Shown here one piece after another: positions 50,622 through 62,509 of a stretch of DNA of 64,000 nt. Source of the stretch: Phoronis australis (lineage: Eukaryota; Animalia; Phoronida); assembly GCA_002633005.1 (NCBI GenBank), contig NMRA01000477.1, forward strand, positions 107,249-171,248, written 5' to 3'. Below the pieces are notes generated by a model, which searched no databases, was not told the origin of the DNA, and saw only the letters and a program-made list of their open reading frames with translations. The position numbers and the translations under genes are program-made. The first letter of the stretch is position 1; each line of letters begins with the position of its first letter.

Positions 50622-50767
50622 CCTCCAATCTTTGGCGCATACCTAGCAACCCTGGTCCAATGAAGACTGTTACTGTGACAAAGGAAGCTGCTGGAGTGTA
50701 CAATGTAACACTGACACCATTTGACTGTAATCACGGTTATCCACTGTTCTTTCTTCAGTATGGCCAG
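50622..50767 (+). CDS. PKHD1L1: PKHD1L1-like exon 20
   Basis: SNLWRIP...YNVTLTPFDCNHGYPLFFLQYGQ; ttacag / CAG|GTATAT. Confidence 0.9.
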
Positions 50768-51163
50768 GTATATAGTCTTGAACATTTTATTTGTTAGATT
50801 GTGTTGTAGCATTTGATAACATTAATCATTTAAGTTTGTTTCTTTACTGTTAACCATTGGAAAAAAACAAGTTCAAACTATTAGATTAGTCAAAATTGTT
50901 TTGGAAACCAAAGAATTCTTAAGGATATTGAAAGAGGCATTTAACTGATTTTTCTAACCTTTTTCCTGAAGTACGCATTTGCGCATAAAGTACGTAATCA
51001 CCTAAAATGAAGTTTAAAACAAAGAATAATGAGTGTCATCATTCTGTTGTACACTTGTGATAAAACCCGTAGCAATCGGAATTTGATGATAATATTATGA
51101 CTGTGTGAAAAGCCACCTTCATCAGAACACTTACAATATATTTGAGATTATCTGCATTTTCAG

Positions 51164-51314
51164 GCAATCAGTGGCAGTGACTCCTCGGACAGTTTGACTG
51201 TCAAAGACAAAACATGGCCCAACTGGAGTTACATAGCAGTGTCTAGGGTTGAATCTGCGTCACCACCGGTTAATGGCTCATTTGACGTTCAGTTCGATGG
51301 CAACGTCTATGCAG
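51164..51314 (+). CDS. PKHD1L1: PKHD1L1-like exon 21
   Basis: AISGSD...TWPNWSYIAVSRVESASPPVNGSFDV; tttcag / CAG|GTAATG. Confidence 0.9.
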
Positions 51315-51647
51315 GTAATGTTATGCTCACATCCTTGAATTTGGGGATGTCAGTTGGTCGAACAGAAATTTCCTCTCAATGTCAGTTATGGGTTGCTTTC
51401 TGTAGAGCAAGTTTCTTGCATGTTGGGTGACATCTCGCTAGACCACGCACAATCATGAGTCGGCAAGTGTTTTGTAAGCTAGAGACCTTACTAGCAAAAT
51501 GTTGAGCGTAGTGGAAACAACAGAATGTAGTCAATTGAAATGTTCATCTGAAGTCTGTAATTGTAGTGACTCAACATTTTTAAAGACGAGACCACTTAAA
51601 ACCATGGTATAGTCACGATTGAAATGGCAATCAAAAATTGATCATAG

Positions 51648-51716
51648 TGGCTCAAAGTTGGAGTGTGGGGCTCAAATTTGAGTATGGGGTATCAAAATTG
51701 GAGCATGACAGCTCAT
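51648..51716. repeat. ~20-bp degenerate minisatellite
   Basis: GCTCAAA.TTGGAG..TGGG about 3 copies. Confidence 0.6.
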
Positions 51717-52046
51717 TGTCCCATGGTTTCAGGGTTAGGTAAGTCGAGAACAGGCATATACCTTACATGCCGATTGGTGCATTTGGCAGTGAATGGGCAA
51801 CTCACCGAAAGGCACTCTTGGAAGCGGAAGAGTTAAACAAGCTGAATGTTGTTCATTAGTCAATATATTTATTGACGGTTGTTATCTGGTTAAAACAGTT
51901 ATGTTCACGCTTGCTTTTGGTAGCAACATATCTTATCATAGAGCATGTGCGTTAAAGTTACTGCGACAATAGTATGCTTTGTCAGTATAGCATTATAGCT
52001 AGACAACGCTGAAGAAGAAAATTTTGACGTGTTATTTCTGCTGCAG

Positions 52047-52201
52047 GCATCCCGGTGACATCTGCTGCTTGGGACATGACTAATTACCTTGAGAGTCTAC
52101 CACGCCTCGGCAAGGTGCAGGTGACCGATAGCGCCACCTGTCATTCACACACCTGGACTGTCAAGTGGCAGTTACCTGGTGGCAATAGACCAAGAATTCA
52201 G
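52047..52201 (+). CDS. PKHD1L1: PKHD1L1-like exon 22
   Basis: IPVTSAAWDMTNYLESLPRLGKVQV...TCHSHTWTVKW..PGGNRPRIQ; ctgcag / CAG|GTGAGA. Confidence 0.9.
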
Positions 52202-52671
52202 GTGAGAGAGAGAGAGTGAAACAGATGGAGAAAACGTTAAGTAGTTGTAAATTATACATAATTACTTCACTAGTGGTTCTAGGCCTCCAAAAGGTAAAAA
52301 ATTGCTAGGCAATCAAGCAGATGAGTATAGTGTAGGAGTTAACAAAACGAGAACAAAACTTCAAAAGCAAAGAGTTACATAATTTAAGATCAGCCCAATT
52401 TTAAATTGTTTGTCTATGAATTGTTTTGTAGGAGGTCTTATGACCAGTTGAAGCAATGACTTGGTCATGTTACCTTGACAACATTTAATTTCAAGCTCCA
52501 TCTGGTAACTGTGCTGCAAATCAAGGAAATAATTTTTTTTTGGCCAAGAAGACAAATTGATTACAGTTTGAAAAGAGCATGTGTGACAAATCTTAAGATA
52601 CAACTGTCTTATGTATGACAAATAGCCCCCCCCCCTGCTTTCATTATATGGTTGTGTTTTTAATCACACTA

Positions 52672-52917
52672 AGGTAAAAATTCTTCAGTTTGGTACACAA
52701 TGTGGTGGATAGGTGAATGTACATTTTGTCATATTTCTCAACAAGAATAACTTCAGGAAAATTTACTTTGCTTATAGCATGGTTTGTATGGTGTAGCTTA
52801 TAACAAAGGACATTTGGTAAAATTTTGAGCATATGCAACAATGGGGTATGTCTCTGAAAAACAGAAATGTGACAATTTTAACAATTATTTTTGTCCCAAA
52901 TTAAAGAATTTTTACCG
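52672..52917. mobile_element. Tc1/mariner-like MITE, copy B (intron 22), inverted relative to copy A
   Basis: GGTAAAAATTCTTCAGTTTGG / TGTCCCAAATTAAAGAATTTTTACCG followed by TA; interior matches the reverse complement of copy A. Confidence 0.75.
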
Positions 52918-52985
52918 TATGTCTTGTAACCAAACATCCACAGTGTTGCTATATGTCTCCCTGAGTGTGTTTACTGCATTGTCAG

Positions 52986-53105
52986 GTTAATGCAACAGCT
53001 CTGACGGGCAGATCTGTGCAAATGAAAGTTCAGGAAACAGACGGCTATTTGTTCCTGGATCCCATACAAGGTGATTTCTTGAGAACATCTCATGATAAGC
53101 CTCAG
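52986..53105 (+). CDS. PKHD1L1: PKHD1L1-like exon 23
   Basis: VNATALTG...LFLDPIQGDFLRTSHDKPQ; gtcag / CAG|GTAAGT. Confidence 0.92.
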
Positions 53106-53375
53106 GTAAGTTTTATTAATAATTTAATGAAATAGTACTTTGAAGACTGCATATTCTGGGTCTCATTATTACGGCTTCTATGATAATTTTTTTTGAAGTG
53201 CTGACAGAACTTGGTTCACTGAAAAGGTAATTCTTCATTCCTCTAATGCACAAGTCTCAAAACTGAATGCAACAAACTAAAATAAATGCTGTTATTTATT
53301 AACTTTGCCTTAAAATTACCTTAAACTGATAAGAATTTGCGACAATACATATATAATGAGTTACCTTAATTACAG

Positions 53376-53481
53376 GTGACTGCAGTCATAAATGGCATAC
53401 CCTCAAAGTGCTCAGGTAGCTGTACCTATGAGTGGACCCAAGCCAGCACACCTGTAATCAACTCAATCAGTCCCAACTCAG
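53376..53481 (+). CDS. PKHD1L1: PKHD1L1-like exon 24
   Basis: VTAVINGIPSKCSGSCTYEWTQASTPVINSISPNS; ttacag / CAG|GTAGGA. Confidence 0.93.
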
Positions 53482-54064
53482 GTAGGATGTTGTGGCCAGT
53501 GCATGCTATAATCACACTTACACTAGAGTACTCTCAGAGTGTTTCCAGGCAAGGAATGCTTTACTTCATTCAGCTTAAGCTTAGATGTGTCTTATTGTAA
53601 TTCATCACGTTGGGGTAATCCAGTGTTATAAACTGGGTTGTAATTGATATTTTCACTGCTTATTGCTTTTGCATACAGTCCGCATGCAACTGTTTGCAGT
53701 AAGACATGGTTGTATCCATCTTGTCCCATTTTTGTGTCACTGTACGTTCTGCTTCTGTAGTGCAGTTTTTTTCAATAAGTGCATGCAGCCAAAGCCCCAA
53801 CTCCTCCAATAAACACTGTATAAACAGAAAAAGCTTTTGGCCGAACATGGATCGAATGTGAAATGTACTCCAGATTCTATTACGATATCAGTTGCCCAAA
53901 TGGTATCTGAAACAGGCTACGTAGTGATATGTCCTTTCATGTAAATTTCCTTTCTACTTTAAGCAAATGTATACTTTTACTGCAGAGTTAAAATATACGG
54001 CTTGTAGCTTTTGGTTAACTACACATTAAGGTCCTGCATGTTATTTTTATTAATTGTGGTACAG

Positions 54065-54340
54065 GATCCATCCTCCTCAACACAGCTCTGACAATCAGCG
54101 GTAGTGGGTTTGACAACAAACCTGAAAACATCCATGTGGCCATAGGTGGCGTTAACTGCACCGTGCAGTCTGCCACCACCAATCAGATCGTGTGTTCCAT
54201 TGGTAATGGTCCGACGGGTTCGCATCGTGTTCATGTGAAAATATCGGGTAAAGGCCTTGCCAAGCATCAGGGAGCAGAACACAGTTTCTCTTATAAGTCA
54301 GATGTAACTGGCATTGAACCAATGTCTGGAAGTCTTGGTG
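54065..54340 (+). CDS. PKHD1L1: PKHD1L1-like exon 25 (IPT)
   Basis: TALTISGSGF...IGGVNCTV...GKGLA...IEPMSGSLG; gtacag / GTG|GTAAGT. Confidence 0.92.
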
Positions 54341-54850
54341 GTAAGTAGAGTCTTTCTCATCTCAAAAGTATGCTTTGGGTTAAAAGTCAACAGCTGTCAC
54401 TACTCGATGTTGAAATGCGTATAACTTCAACTTTTCAAGTATTCATAGTAGGACCATGAAAATCATTGATGATGGCAGAATCTTATCGGGTACTGTAAAA
54501 GTAATGCCCAGATATTTGTAATTATGCGACAATACCTTTCACACAAATCGTAGTGATTTCCCAAATATTTTTTGCTTGAAACTTGAAAATTATAAGCTGC
54601 AATAGCATGTCTGGGATTTTCCTTGCTGGGACATAGTTTTATGGTCGGAAATTAATTTCTGGGTTTATTGTTGGATACGATGGACATTTTGAAGTTATTA
54701 GCTTTGACCAGAGCTGCAAAATAATGAAATCTGTTGAAGTGTTTTTGTGATTTTGTTACAAATCACTAGTTGTCACCGTTGTCTGCCAGGCATTTGCCGA
54801 GATTGAGACAATTGACTTTACCAATAAAATACACTACTCTGCTGTTTATT

Positions 54851-54925
54851 GAGTGAGATTTAGCTCAGCCGGCAGAGCATTTGACTGTGGTTGTGAAAGT
54901 TTCCAGTTCAAATCCACACGGGCTG
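54851..54925 (+). mobile_element. Degenerate tRNA-derived SINE head (intron 25)
   Basis: TAGCTCAGCCGGCAGAGC D-arm/A box and GTTCAAATCC B box; cloverleaf disrupted. Confidence 0.5.
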
Positions 54926-55141
54926 TTCTCAGAAATCATTATTCTCACTGATAATAACACTTGCCTCATAGCCAGAGAACTTGCTCACCATCTTTTGTAT
55001 TCATACTGTACATAGGTGAATATGAATTAAGTGGCCCCTTTTTTTGATCTGCCTGTTGTCAGGCGCCGCTAGAGTTGTTTATCCTAAATCTACCTCTAAT
55101 TATTCATCCCGATATTAATTGCTTGTTCTTCTGTGTTTCAG

Positions 55142-55266
55142 GTGGTACCACTCTAACCATTAATGGGACTGGGTTTGCTGCCAATGACACGGTCATGGTT
55201 GGCAGTCAAGCATGTGTCATTGAGACTGTGACCTATCTGCAAATCAAGTGTCTCACACCGGCAACA
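55142..55266 (+). CDS. PKHD1L1: PKHD1L1-like exon 26 (IPT)
   Basis: GTTLTINGTGF...VGSQACVI...IKCLTPAT; tttcag / ACA|GTAAGT. Confidence 0.92.
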
Positions 55267-56650
55267 GTAAGTCTTTGTAGTATAGACTTGATTATAGTAA
55301 TACTCACTAGTATTTACTGAGCTTATAAAGTGCAATATGGAATACAGTAAAATTCAGCAAGTTCTGCAATGAGTTAAAATTACATTTATTCAAAATTTCT
55401 TAATATTTTTTTCTGTTACTTGGATGAAACAAGACAACAGCAACACGATTTTTTGGCATTTTTGAATTCTACTGGTACTTTGGGAAAATTAGCATCAAAA
55501 CCGCAGCTATCCCCTTGGCTTTACTGAGCCATGACTAATTCTGTAGTCACAAATAGTGGTTCACCTTGAGCTTACTTAGTCAATAAGAAACTATCAAAAA
55601 GAAATAGGGACTGCCTGATTATGTGAGACTCATGACTCGTATCGCCACCTGTCTGGATCATGCAGCATTACTTCTTCACAGTAGGTGGCATATAGGAACA
55701 TTTTGACTTTGAGAAAAGTCCCATTTGCAGTGTGTGTGATGAGACGTGATGCGTCTTGAACAAAACTTAAAAATTGCCTCCTTATTCTTTATGATAGAAT
55801 TGGCTGGTATCTGGTCCCACGTACATGAACAGTCATTATTTTACTACTTGAAAGTCTTCCAATGGTCATTCGGGTTTTGAGTCATTATCGACATTTATTT
55901 AATTGGCTTTAATTGGCACATGTGTCTATATCCAAAATCAAGCTTTTTTCAAAGACTGTTTTTTGGTGAATGAAGTGTTTTTCATTCTGCCTAAGCGTTG
56001 CTTGTACATGACTTTTTGTGCAAGTCTTAAACTATGTGTTTTTCGTGACGTGTTTTGTCCACTTTTAGCGCTTTTCAATTCATCTCTTTGTCTGTCAAGT
56101 TTCACTCATATTTCAAAAAACATTGCTGCTCGTTTTTTCACAAATTGATAAATACATAAGTTCATGTGCCTTGTTCCGGATATAAGCATGGTTTCACACA
56201 TCGGAACATCAGGTCATAAATTTTGCGCACATACTGTACAGGGTAATTACTGAAATAAGATGTTGTCTGAATGTACTCTATAACCACAAGATACTCGGGA
56301 CACACTTTTGGTGTGAAATCTTTGCGTATGAAATGGAAACTGGGAATTCTCTTTCATGACTCAACATTCCATCCTCACCGCCCAGTCCCTTCAGTGGCAG
56401 CCATTTTGCCAGTATATGCTGTTAAAATCTTGAACTTCCTCGTGAGACACTCGCTTTTCACTAGCGTGATTTTGTGCATGATCTCTCTTTTCTCACAAGA
56501 AGCTTGCTTTTCCTTAACACAACCCCTTCCTTGTTGGTGATGACCGCAGTAATGGTCTGCAATTTGTTTTGTCGTTATTAGAACTATTGTTGAACGGAAT
56601 CGGTTATGCTGACTACTCGTGGTTTATGTTTTTTCTGTGCATTTATTTAG

Positions 56651-56783
56651 ACAACTGCAGATGAAGTTTCTGTTGTGGTCCACCAGGGGTCAGGAGAGGT
56701 TGCAAGCCCTGCAAACTTCACCTACACCAACGCTCTCACGCCTGTGATTTCTTCAGCCAGTCTGTCAGTTTCATCTGTTCTCG
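56651..56783 (+). CDS. PKHD1L1: PKHD1L1-like exon 27
   Basis: TTADEVSVVV...NFTYTNALTPVISS...SVL; atttag / CG|GTGAGC. Confidence 0.88.
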
Positions 56784-57030
56784 GTGAGCACATGCCCCAT
56801 TTGTCACTTGAAACTAACTCTTTTTGTACTTGTGCACTCAATTTTGTTTATATTTAACGAGATACAATTACCATGGTGATAGTGTTAGGACATGTTGGAG
56901 AAGGTAATGGGCATATCATGCAAATAATGGTCAAGCCGGATCTCCATTAAATTTTATCAGGTTATCATAATAATGCTCATTTTCTTTTTTATTTTAAAGC
57001 TGTTGTAAAACGCTGTTTTTCTGTGTCTAG

Positions 57031-57220
57031 GTGGTGATGATATAGAAATAACTGGTACAAACTTGGGCTCCTTGGGTGCCACGAAATTGTTGCTGGGTGG
57101 AGCCGCTGTCAATATCACCAGCGCTAACAGCTCTCATGTTCTTGGCACGCTGCCCCCCAACACACCAGGAACCTACAAGATTGCGCTGAAAGTGGGCGAG
57201 ATGGGATATGCTGATATCAC
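57031..57220 (+). CDS. PKHD1L1: PKHD1L1-like exon 28 (IPT)
   Basis: GDDIEITGTNLG...LPPNTPGTYKIALKVGEMGYADI; gtctag / AC|GTAGGT. Confidence 0.9.
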
Positions 57221-58046
57221 GTAGGTTGCACCTCCTTGGCATTTTTCAACTTCTCAACGAGCAGAAATGAAAATGCTGTTAAACTCTGCAGCACATTTAT
57301 GTTCTGTTTTCTGAAAAGTGACTCGAAATAAAATATTAAGAATACTCAAAATTACAAAAATGATGTGATGCTCCGTAATTATTTCGGAAAATGATTTATT
57401 TTCACTTCACAGGAGTAGAAAATTTCAGAATATATACTCGTCACTTCTAGACTATTGGGTAAATGTATTTGGTAAACAGTGATGTGCTGGCAATAACATA
57501 GACTGTAAGACAAAACCTTTCACTAAGCCAAGTTTCATGAAAGATTCTCTTGTTCTTACCTTGTCTTATGTGTTTGATGTTGTTCTCGGTTTTTCTCTTT
57601 TAATGTGGCAATAAACCTGTCTTCCATCCCTAAAATCAAATTTTGATCAAGACCATAATCCGTTCTGCAATTGGTCTCAGATTGTTCCTTAGTCAATCAC
57701 AGATGGTCACTGCTTAAGACCAAGATCTACAATTTGGTTTGTCACAGCGTCAGCATGTTGTTTTGTGCACCGAGCCTGGTCTCAAAGTAATGACAAACTG
57801 CCAGTCCAGAAGTCACGCCCTTTCTGATTAAGGATCGGATCAATTTTGTAGCAGTAAGAGGTCTAAATCAAAAATTTCTTTTTGACCAAAATGCTACTTT
57901 TGGCTGCCTTAAGGTGAATATGCTGGAGTGTTGACCTGGCAAAGTGCTGGGATAGTGAAGCAAAATCAGCTATAGTGAAAAAGAAAATAATGTAGTCACC
58001 TACTTAAAATCTCAAGAATTGACTGAAAATTAAACTTTATTTTCAG

Positions 58047-58294
58047 CACCAATAACATTGCTCCTGTGTCTTACACTTTGCGTGTAGACAGCTTTGAACC
58101 ACGTCGCGGGTCCCTGGAAGGCGGTACTAAGATCACTGTCAAGGGGGCGGGGTTTGGCGATGACAGCTCAAAGCTGAGAGTGTTGATTGGCGGACGGGTG
58201 TGTGATGTGGTGAACAGTAGTTTCACCACTATTGTGTGCCTGAACAAGCCAGTGTCAAGGGTGCACCAGGTTGACAACATGGGTATCCACACAG
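58047..58294 (+). CDS. PKHD1L1: PKHD1L1-like exon 29 (IPT)
   Basis: YTLRVDSFEPRRGSLEGGTKITVKGAGF...VDNMGIHT; tttcag / CAG|GTAAAT. Confidence 0.93.
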
Positions 58295-59002
58295 GTAAAT
58301 GTCTACTGATTCGGTAGCTTTGATATTATATTGATAGTGTCACATTACCATATATGAGCATATTTACGCCCATACAGTTATGTCCGAAATAATGCATTTT
58401 TCATGAAAATTTTTTGCTCGTGATGTGTTTTGCAGGTATATAGCCGTATGTGCCATAAAATTTCACCTATAGGCACAGATGGCTATCTCTACGTGCATAT
58501 CTTAGATTTTGCGTTTTCTGTGTCCGTTTTTGTTCAAGTGCTTTTGATAAATACATTAAATTGGATAGTATTAGATGTAACATCTGCCCTCATATGTCAG
58601 ACAAGCTTCATCCATTTTATATTTCAAAAATTTGTTGGTTTGGCTCACGTCTTCATAAAAGGCACAAGTGCCTACTTCCGAATAAGTAAATTAATTTTGT
58701 AGACAGTTCGGATTTTTTTTGATTTCCATTTGATTCTGGACTGTCTCCATCTAAGAGCAATAAGCTGGACTTGTAGTTTTGTGACTTCTGTTACTTTCAT
58801 AGAAAATACATAATTTCCACCACATCTTCTGATATCAAGAGACCTTGACAACAGTTTACTGTTATTTTGACTGTGTATCTGAAAACTTTGTCTTTGTATT
58901 TGGAAGTGAATATTTATGAACCTCAAAAGGTTGACAAATTTAATGTCAACCCTTTGTTTACTGCTCTCGTGACCAGGCTTGGTGTAAGCTAGCTCATATA
59001 GA

Positions 59003-59117
59003 AACAAGGGTTACAATGCATTACAAGCACAAAACAAAACTCTTGGCCAATGTGTGTTTAATAACAAGGGTTACAATGCATTACAAGCACTAAACAAAGT
59101 GTGTGTGTTTAATAAGG
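59003..59117. repeat. 60-bp tandem duplication
   Basis: AACAAGGGTTACAATGCATTACAAGCAC..AACAAA..TGTGTGTTTAAT x2. Confidence 0.85.
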
Positions 59118-59404
59118 GTCCGTTTCATGAACAGTGATTTTTAAGAGTTATGACAGAAATATGGTGTTACTCTCCACTCAACTATTTTTGAAAAATAATC
59201 AAGTCGCACTTGAGCAGAATTGCAAAGTCTCTGAAAATATACAAATACCTACAAGTCAGAGATAATTTCTATAAATTTGTTTCTTGGCTGTGAAGCGCTC
59301 ACAATTACTTGGCAAAACCTTTATTCAGCCATTGGGAAGTGGGAGCGAAAGAACAATATTTCATGATACACACAATAGATCAGTATTTGCCATTTCTTCT
59401 ACAG

Positions 59405-59587
59405 CATATGGTGTTGGTTATGCGTGGAACCCTGGCCACCTGGAGATCCGTGCCGGTGATACGGTGCACTGGCGCTGGGATGCGCCATTCCTCATTAAGT
59501 CGGTGAAGTACAGCGTCCAGCAGACGGCAGGACCCCAGGCAGGGGGTTACGATGGGTCAGGTTTCAAGAGCCTTCGAGCAAAAAAAG
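59405..59587 (+). CDS. PKHD1L1: PKHD1L1-like exon 30 (cupredoxin-like insert)
   Basis: YGVGYAWNPGHLEIRAGDTVHWRW...YDGSGFKS; ctacag / AAG|GTGAGA. Confidence 0.93.
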
Positions 59588-59774
59588 GTGAGAGGCTCTT
59601 AAATATTATAGTTGGATATTTGTCTTTGATCTTCATTTTCTCTCCAGAAACTTTCCAGTGTGTGGACGATTGGGTGATCGTCTGGAAATGATCTTGAGGT
59701 ATTATTTATACATTCATGAAGATTTTCGGTAATACAATAGATTCTATTACAATGAAAGATAAATCACTGCAAAT

Positions 59775-59828
59775 TTGCAACACCTGAAGATGGCTGGAGT
59801 AATGGCCATCCGAAACGTCGTGCCAATG
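59775..59828 (+). ncRNA. Minimal type-I hammerhead ribozyme motif (Penelope-element type), intact core, intron 30
   Basis: cac-CTGAAGA-tggctggagtaatggccatcc-GAAAC-GTC-gtg. Stem I CAC/GTG, stem II hairpin TGGCT/GGCCA, palindromic ACGT stem III, GUC cleavage triplet. Confidence 0.6.
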
Positions 59829-60102
59829 TCAATAGGCTAGAGGCTAGTGTGTAAATAGACCAACAAGATGTTATTATAACATCACCACTTCAAAACAGTT
59901 TTAGATTAAGTCACCATAGAATTCATTTACGTTCTTTATGAACCACATTAAAGGTGTCAGCATGTGGAATAAAGGCTTGATGACTAGCTGTGTTTGAAGT
60001 CTCCGGTTTTACAATTTCTTTACCAATGTACTAATTAAAGCTCAAATTCCAAGTGAAATTAATGTCAACGTTTTCCCTGTTACATACGATTTATATTTTC
60101 AG

Positions 60103-60282
60103 GAAGCTTTGCCTACACCTTCATAACTCCAGGAACATACTACTACTTCAGTGACAAAGTGGACAACGCTGGCAAGATTGTAATGCGAGGGGTCATACAA
60201 GTGAAACCACGGAAGTCTGTGTTCTCTGATGTCAGCGTCAAACTCGGATCCTTTGAGGCTCAGTACCAACCATCTGTTAATG
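60103..60282 (+). CDS. PKHD1L1: PKHD1L1-like exon 31
   Basis: GSFAYTFITPGTYYYFSDKVD...MRGVIQV...FEAQY; tttcag / ATG|GTACTA. Confidence 0.9.
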
Positions 60283-60933
60283 GTACTAAGTGACTCTTTT
60301 GAAAAGTAATAGAAAATGTACCATTGAAGACTAGTAGGCAACATTCAACTCGTTGGTGTTGGAACAAAAGTGTCTTTCCCTTTGCTCAATTTCTAATTCT
60401 TTCATTGAAGGACATTTCGAGACATTGAATATTTTTGTGTGAATTGTTTGATGGCATGATAGCTACAAAAATTGTAGAAATGCTGGCAAATATCCCACTG
60501 CATTAAATCCATACAAGGATACGGAACACTGTCCACTAAATATCCTATCACCACCTGGTAACAAGGCGTGTTTCCTCATTTTGCCATTGTACCAGAAAAT
60601 AACTGTCTTGGGTTTTTTTTAATTTAGGTAATATTGTGTTGCATAAAACTTAAACTTAATCCAATCAGCCTTTGATTATTGCTGGAGTCAAAAACATAGG
60701 TATGCAATACCAAAGGGTAGTTATGCCATTGTTCCATTATCGTTTGTCCACTTCTTGAATCATGAAAACTGTTGCATTGTAAGGAGTAGTTACAGTGTGA
60801 AAGATCAATGGAGATAAGTTGAATGAATTTTGTGCTTACTAGTTTTGCAGTTTTTAAGTTTTGTTCATCGTCAGTGAGTTTCTTAGCTATGCCAAGTTCA
60901 GAATCTTATGCACGTGACATTTTTCCCATGTAG

Positions 60934-61107
60934 TATCGTCCACCATCATTTCTGCGATCAACACTTCCATTGTCGTCACCAACTGTTCCACCGTCATCAC
61001 CAACGGGAGCTGCCCCGGAGACACTGTCACTCAGAGTGCAGCAGCCATTCAGTTCAGTCAGCTATCCTGCATCACACCTGTGATCAACAGTGTTTCACCT
61101 AACACAG
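60934..61107 (+). CDS. PKHD1L1: PKHD1L1-like exon 32
   Basis: SSTIISA...FSQLSCITPVINSVSPNT; catgtag / CAG|GTAGGT. Confidence 0.87.
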
Positions 61108-61190
61108 GTAGGTGTCTCTGGTGGGTGTAATATTTGTTTTACCTAACTCTGGTAGGTGTCTCTGTGGGCCTAATATTTGTTTCACCATAC
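61091..61190. repeat. ~44-bp tandem repeat spanning the exon 32 donor
   Basis: TGTTT.ACCTAAC.C.GGTAGGTGTCTCTG.TGGG..TAATATT about 2.3 copies. Confidence 0.85.
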
Positions 61191-61392
61191 AGTGTTCAGC
61201 TGTTACTGTGAGAAAGTTTCAAATCTTAACTTTCAATGAACAATTTAAATTACTATTAGTGGATATTTTATTATTTTTAGCTATTTTGTGTTCACTTTCC
61301 TATTTTTATTCTTGTTTTATTGTAATGCTTTATGTAACTTTGATAAAATGGAATTCTTGGCCAGTGTATTTCACACCTTGTCCTTTTACCAG

Positions 61393-61559
61393 GGACGGTC
61401 AACACGTCCATCACCATACTAGGTACAGGGTTCGGTGAGTCTACATGCCAGAATGAGGTGAGATTTGGCCAGTATCAGTGTACAGTGATGTCTGCTAGTT
61501 CAACAATGATTGTCTGCCACATCAATCCTCAAGGGGGCATGCCAGTTGGACAAGCAGAG
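61393..61559 (+). CDS. PKHD1L1: PKHD1L1-like exon 33 (IPT)
   Basis: TVNTSITILGTGFG...CQNEVRFG...IVCHINPQGGMPVG; taccag / GAG|GTAATA. Confidence 0.92.
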
Positions 61560-61995
61560 GTAATACATTGACTTCTGTTGTTCATAACTTTGTGAAGTAG
61601 TCATTTGATTGACTTGTTGGTTATTATGAACAGTTCTAAACCTTGAAGGAGAGCAGGTGGACCATCTCTTTCAAGAAAAAATTAATTCAACTTTATGAAT
61701 CTCTCCTACCAAAAGTGCGCTTTGATTTTATTCATAGCAGAACTAAAAAGTATAATTCCAAATATTTGTGATTTTTTCTGATCTGCCATTTTCACCAAAG
61801 TTGCTATTTACCACATGTAACAACATATTTGGCTCTTTCTCCAACACCGTTTCATTGATTTTCAATTCAAGATCATGTGCATATTTTCCAATGCATTTTC
61901 ACCACATCATGGCTACAAAACTGGCCAAAATTGTGTCAGTTTTACAGTACATTACCGTGTTAATCAAAACTCATGACATGTTTTGTCTTCTCCAG

Positions 61996-62158
61996 CTGGT
62001 TTCAGTCAGGGTTCATAATGTCGGCTATGCTATAACCACTATCCAACAGCGTCTAGATAGAGCATATATTCTGCTGCCACAAGTGAGCACCATCTACCCC
62101 AGGAGTGGATCCCTAGAGGGGGGATTACTTCTCACTGTCACTGGGACTGGACTATCAG
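61996..62158 (+). CDS. PKHD1L1: PKHD1L1-like exon 34
   Basis: LVSVRVHNVGYA...LLPQVSTIYPRSGSLEGGLLLTVTGTGL; ctccag / CAG|GTAGGG. Confidence 0.92.
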
Positions 62159-62509
62159 GTAGGGGTTTGGGGCTCAGTCTGTATCAAGAGTAGGTTTAGC
62201 AGATTTGTAGATTCGTGTGATGTTGAAATGGCTTCTGTGTGTTTCCAGTTATGCTGAAAGTTCTTTTCTTCAAGCTGAACCTAAAATTAACCTTTTTGTA
62301 AAATCAAATGTTTGATTAGAGTAGATGAATTTGTTAGATTTCATACCTTATTGATTTTATAGGTACATTCAAGTGAGTCTTCAACTATGATAAAATGCAA
62401 TCAAGAACGATGCTCTAAAAGTTGATGGATTTCACCTCAAATATGCCATGCCTTTAATGATTTGCCATCTGAGATATTGAATTTTAATTTTGTTATTGCT
62501 CTCTTGTAG

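Noticed and set aside
56651-56660. Alternative acceptor CTGCAG at 56660 for exon 27
   Set aside because: Would shift the frame by 10 nt; the upstream AG at 56650 keeps frame
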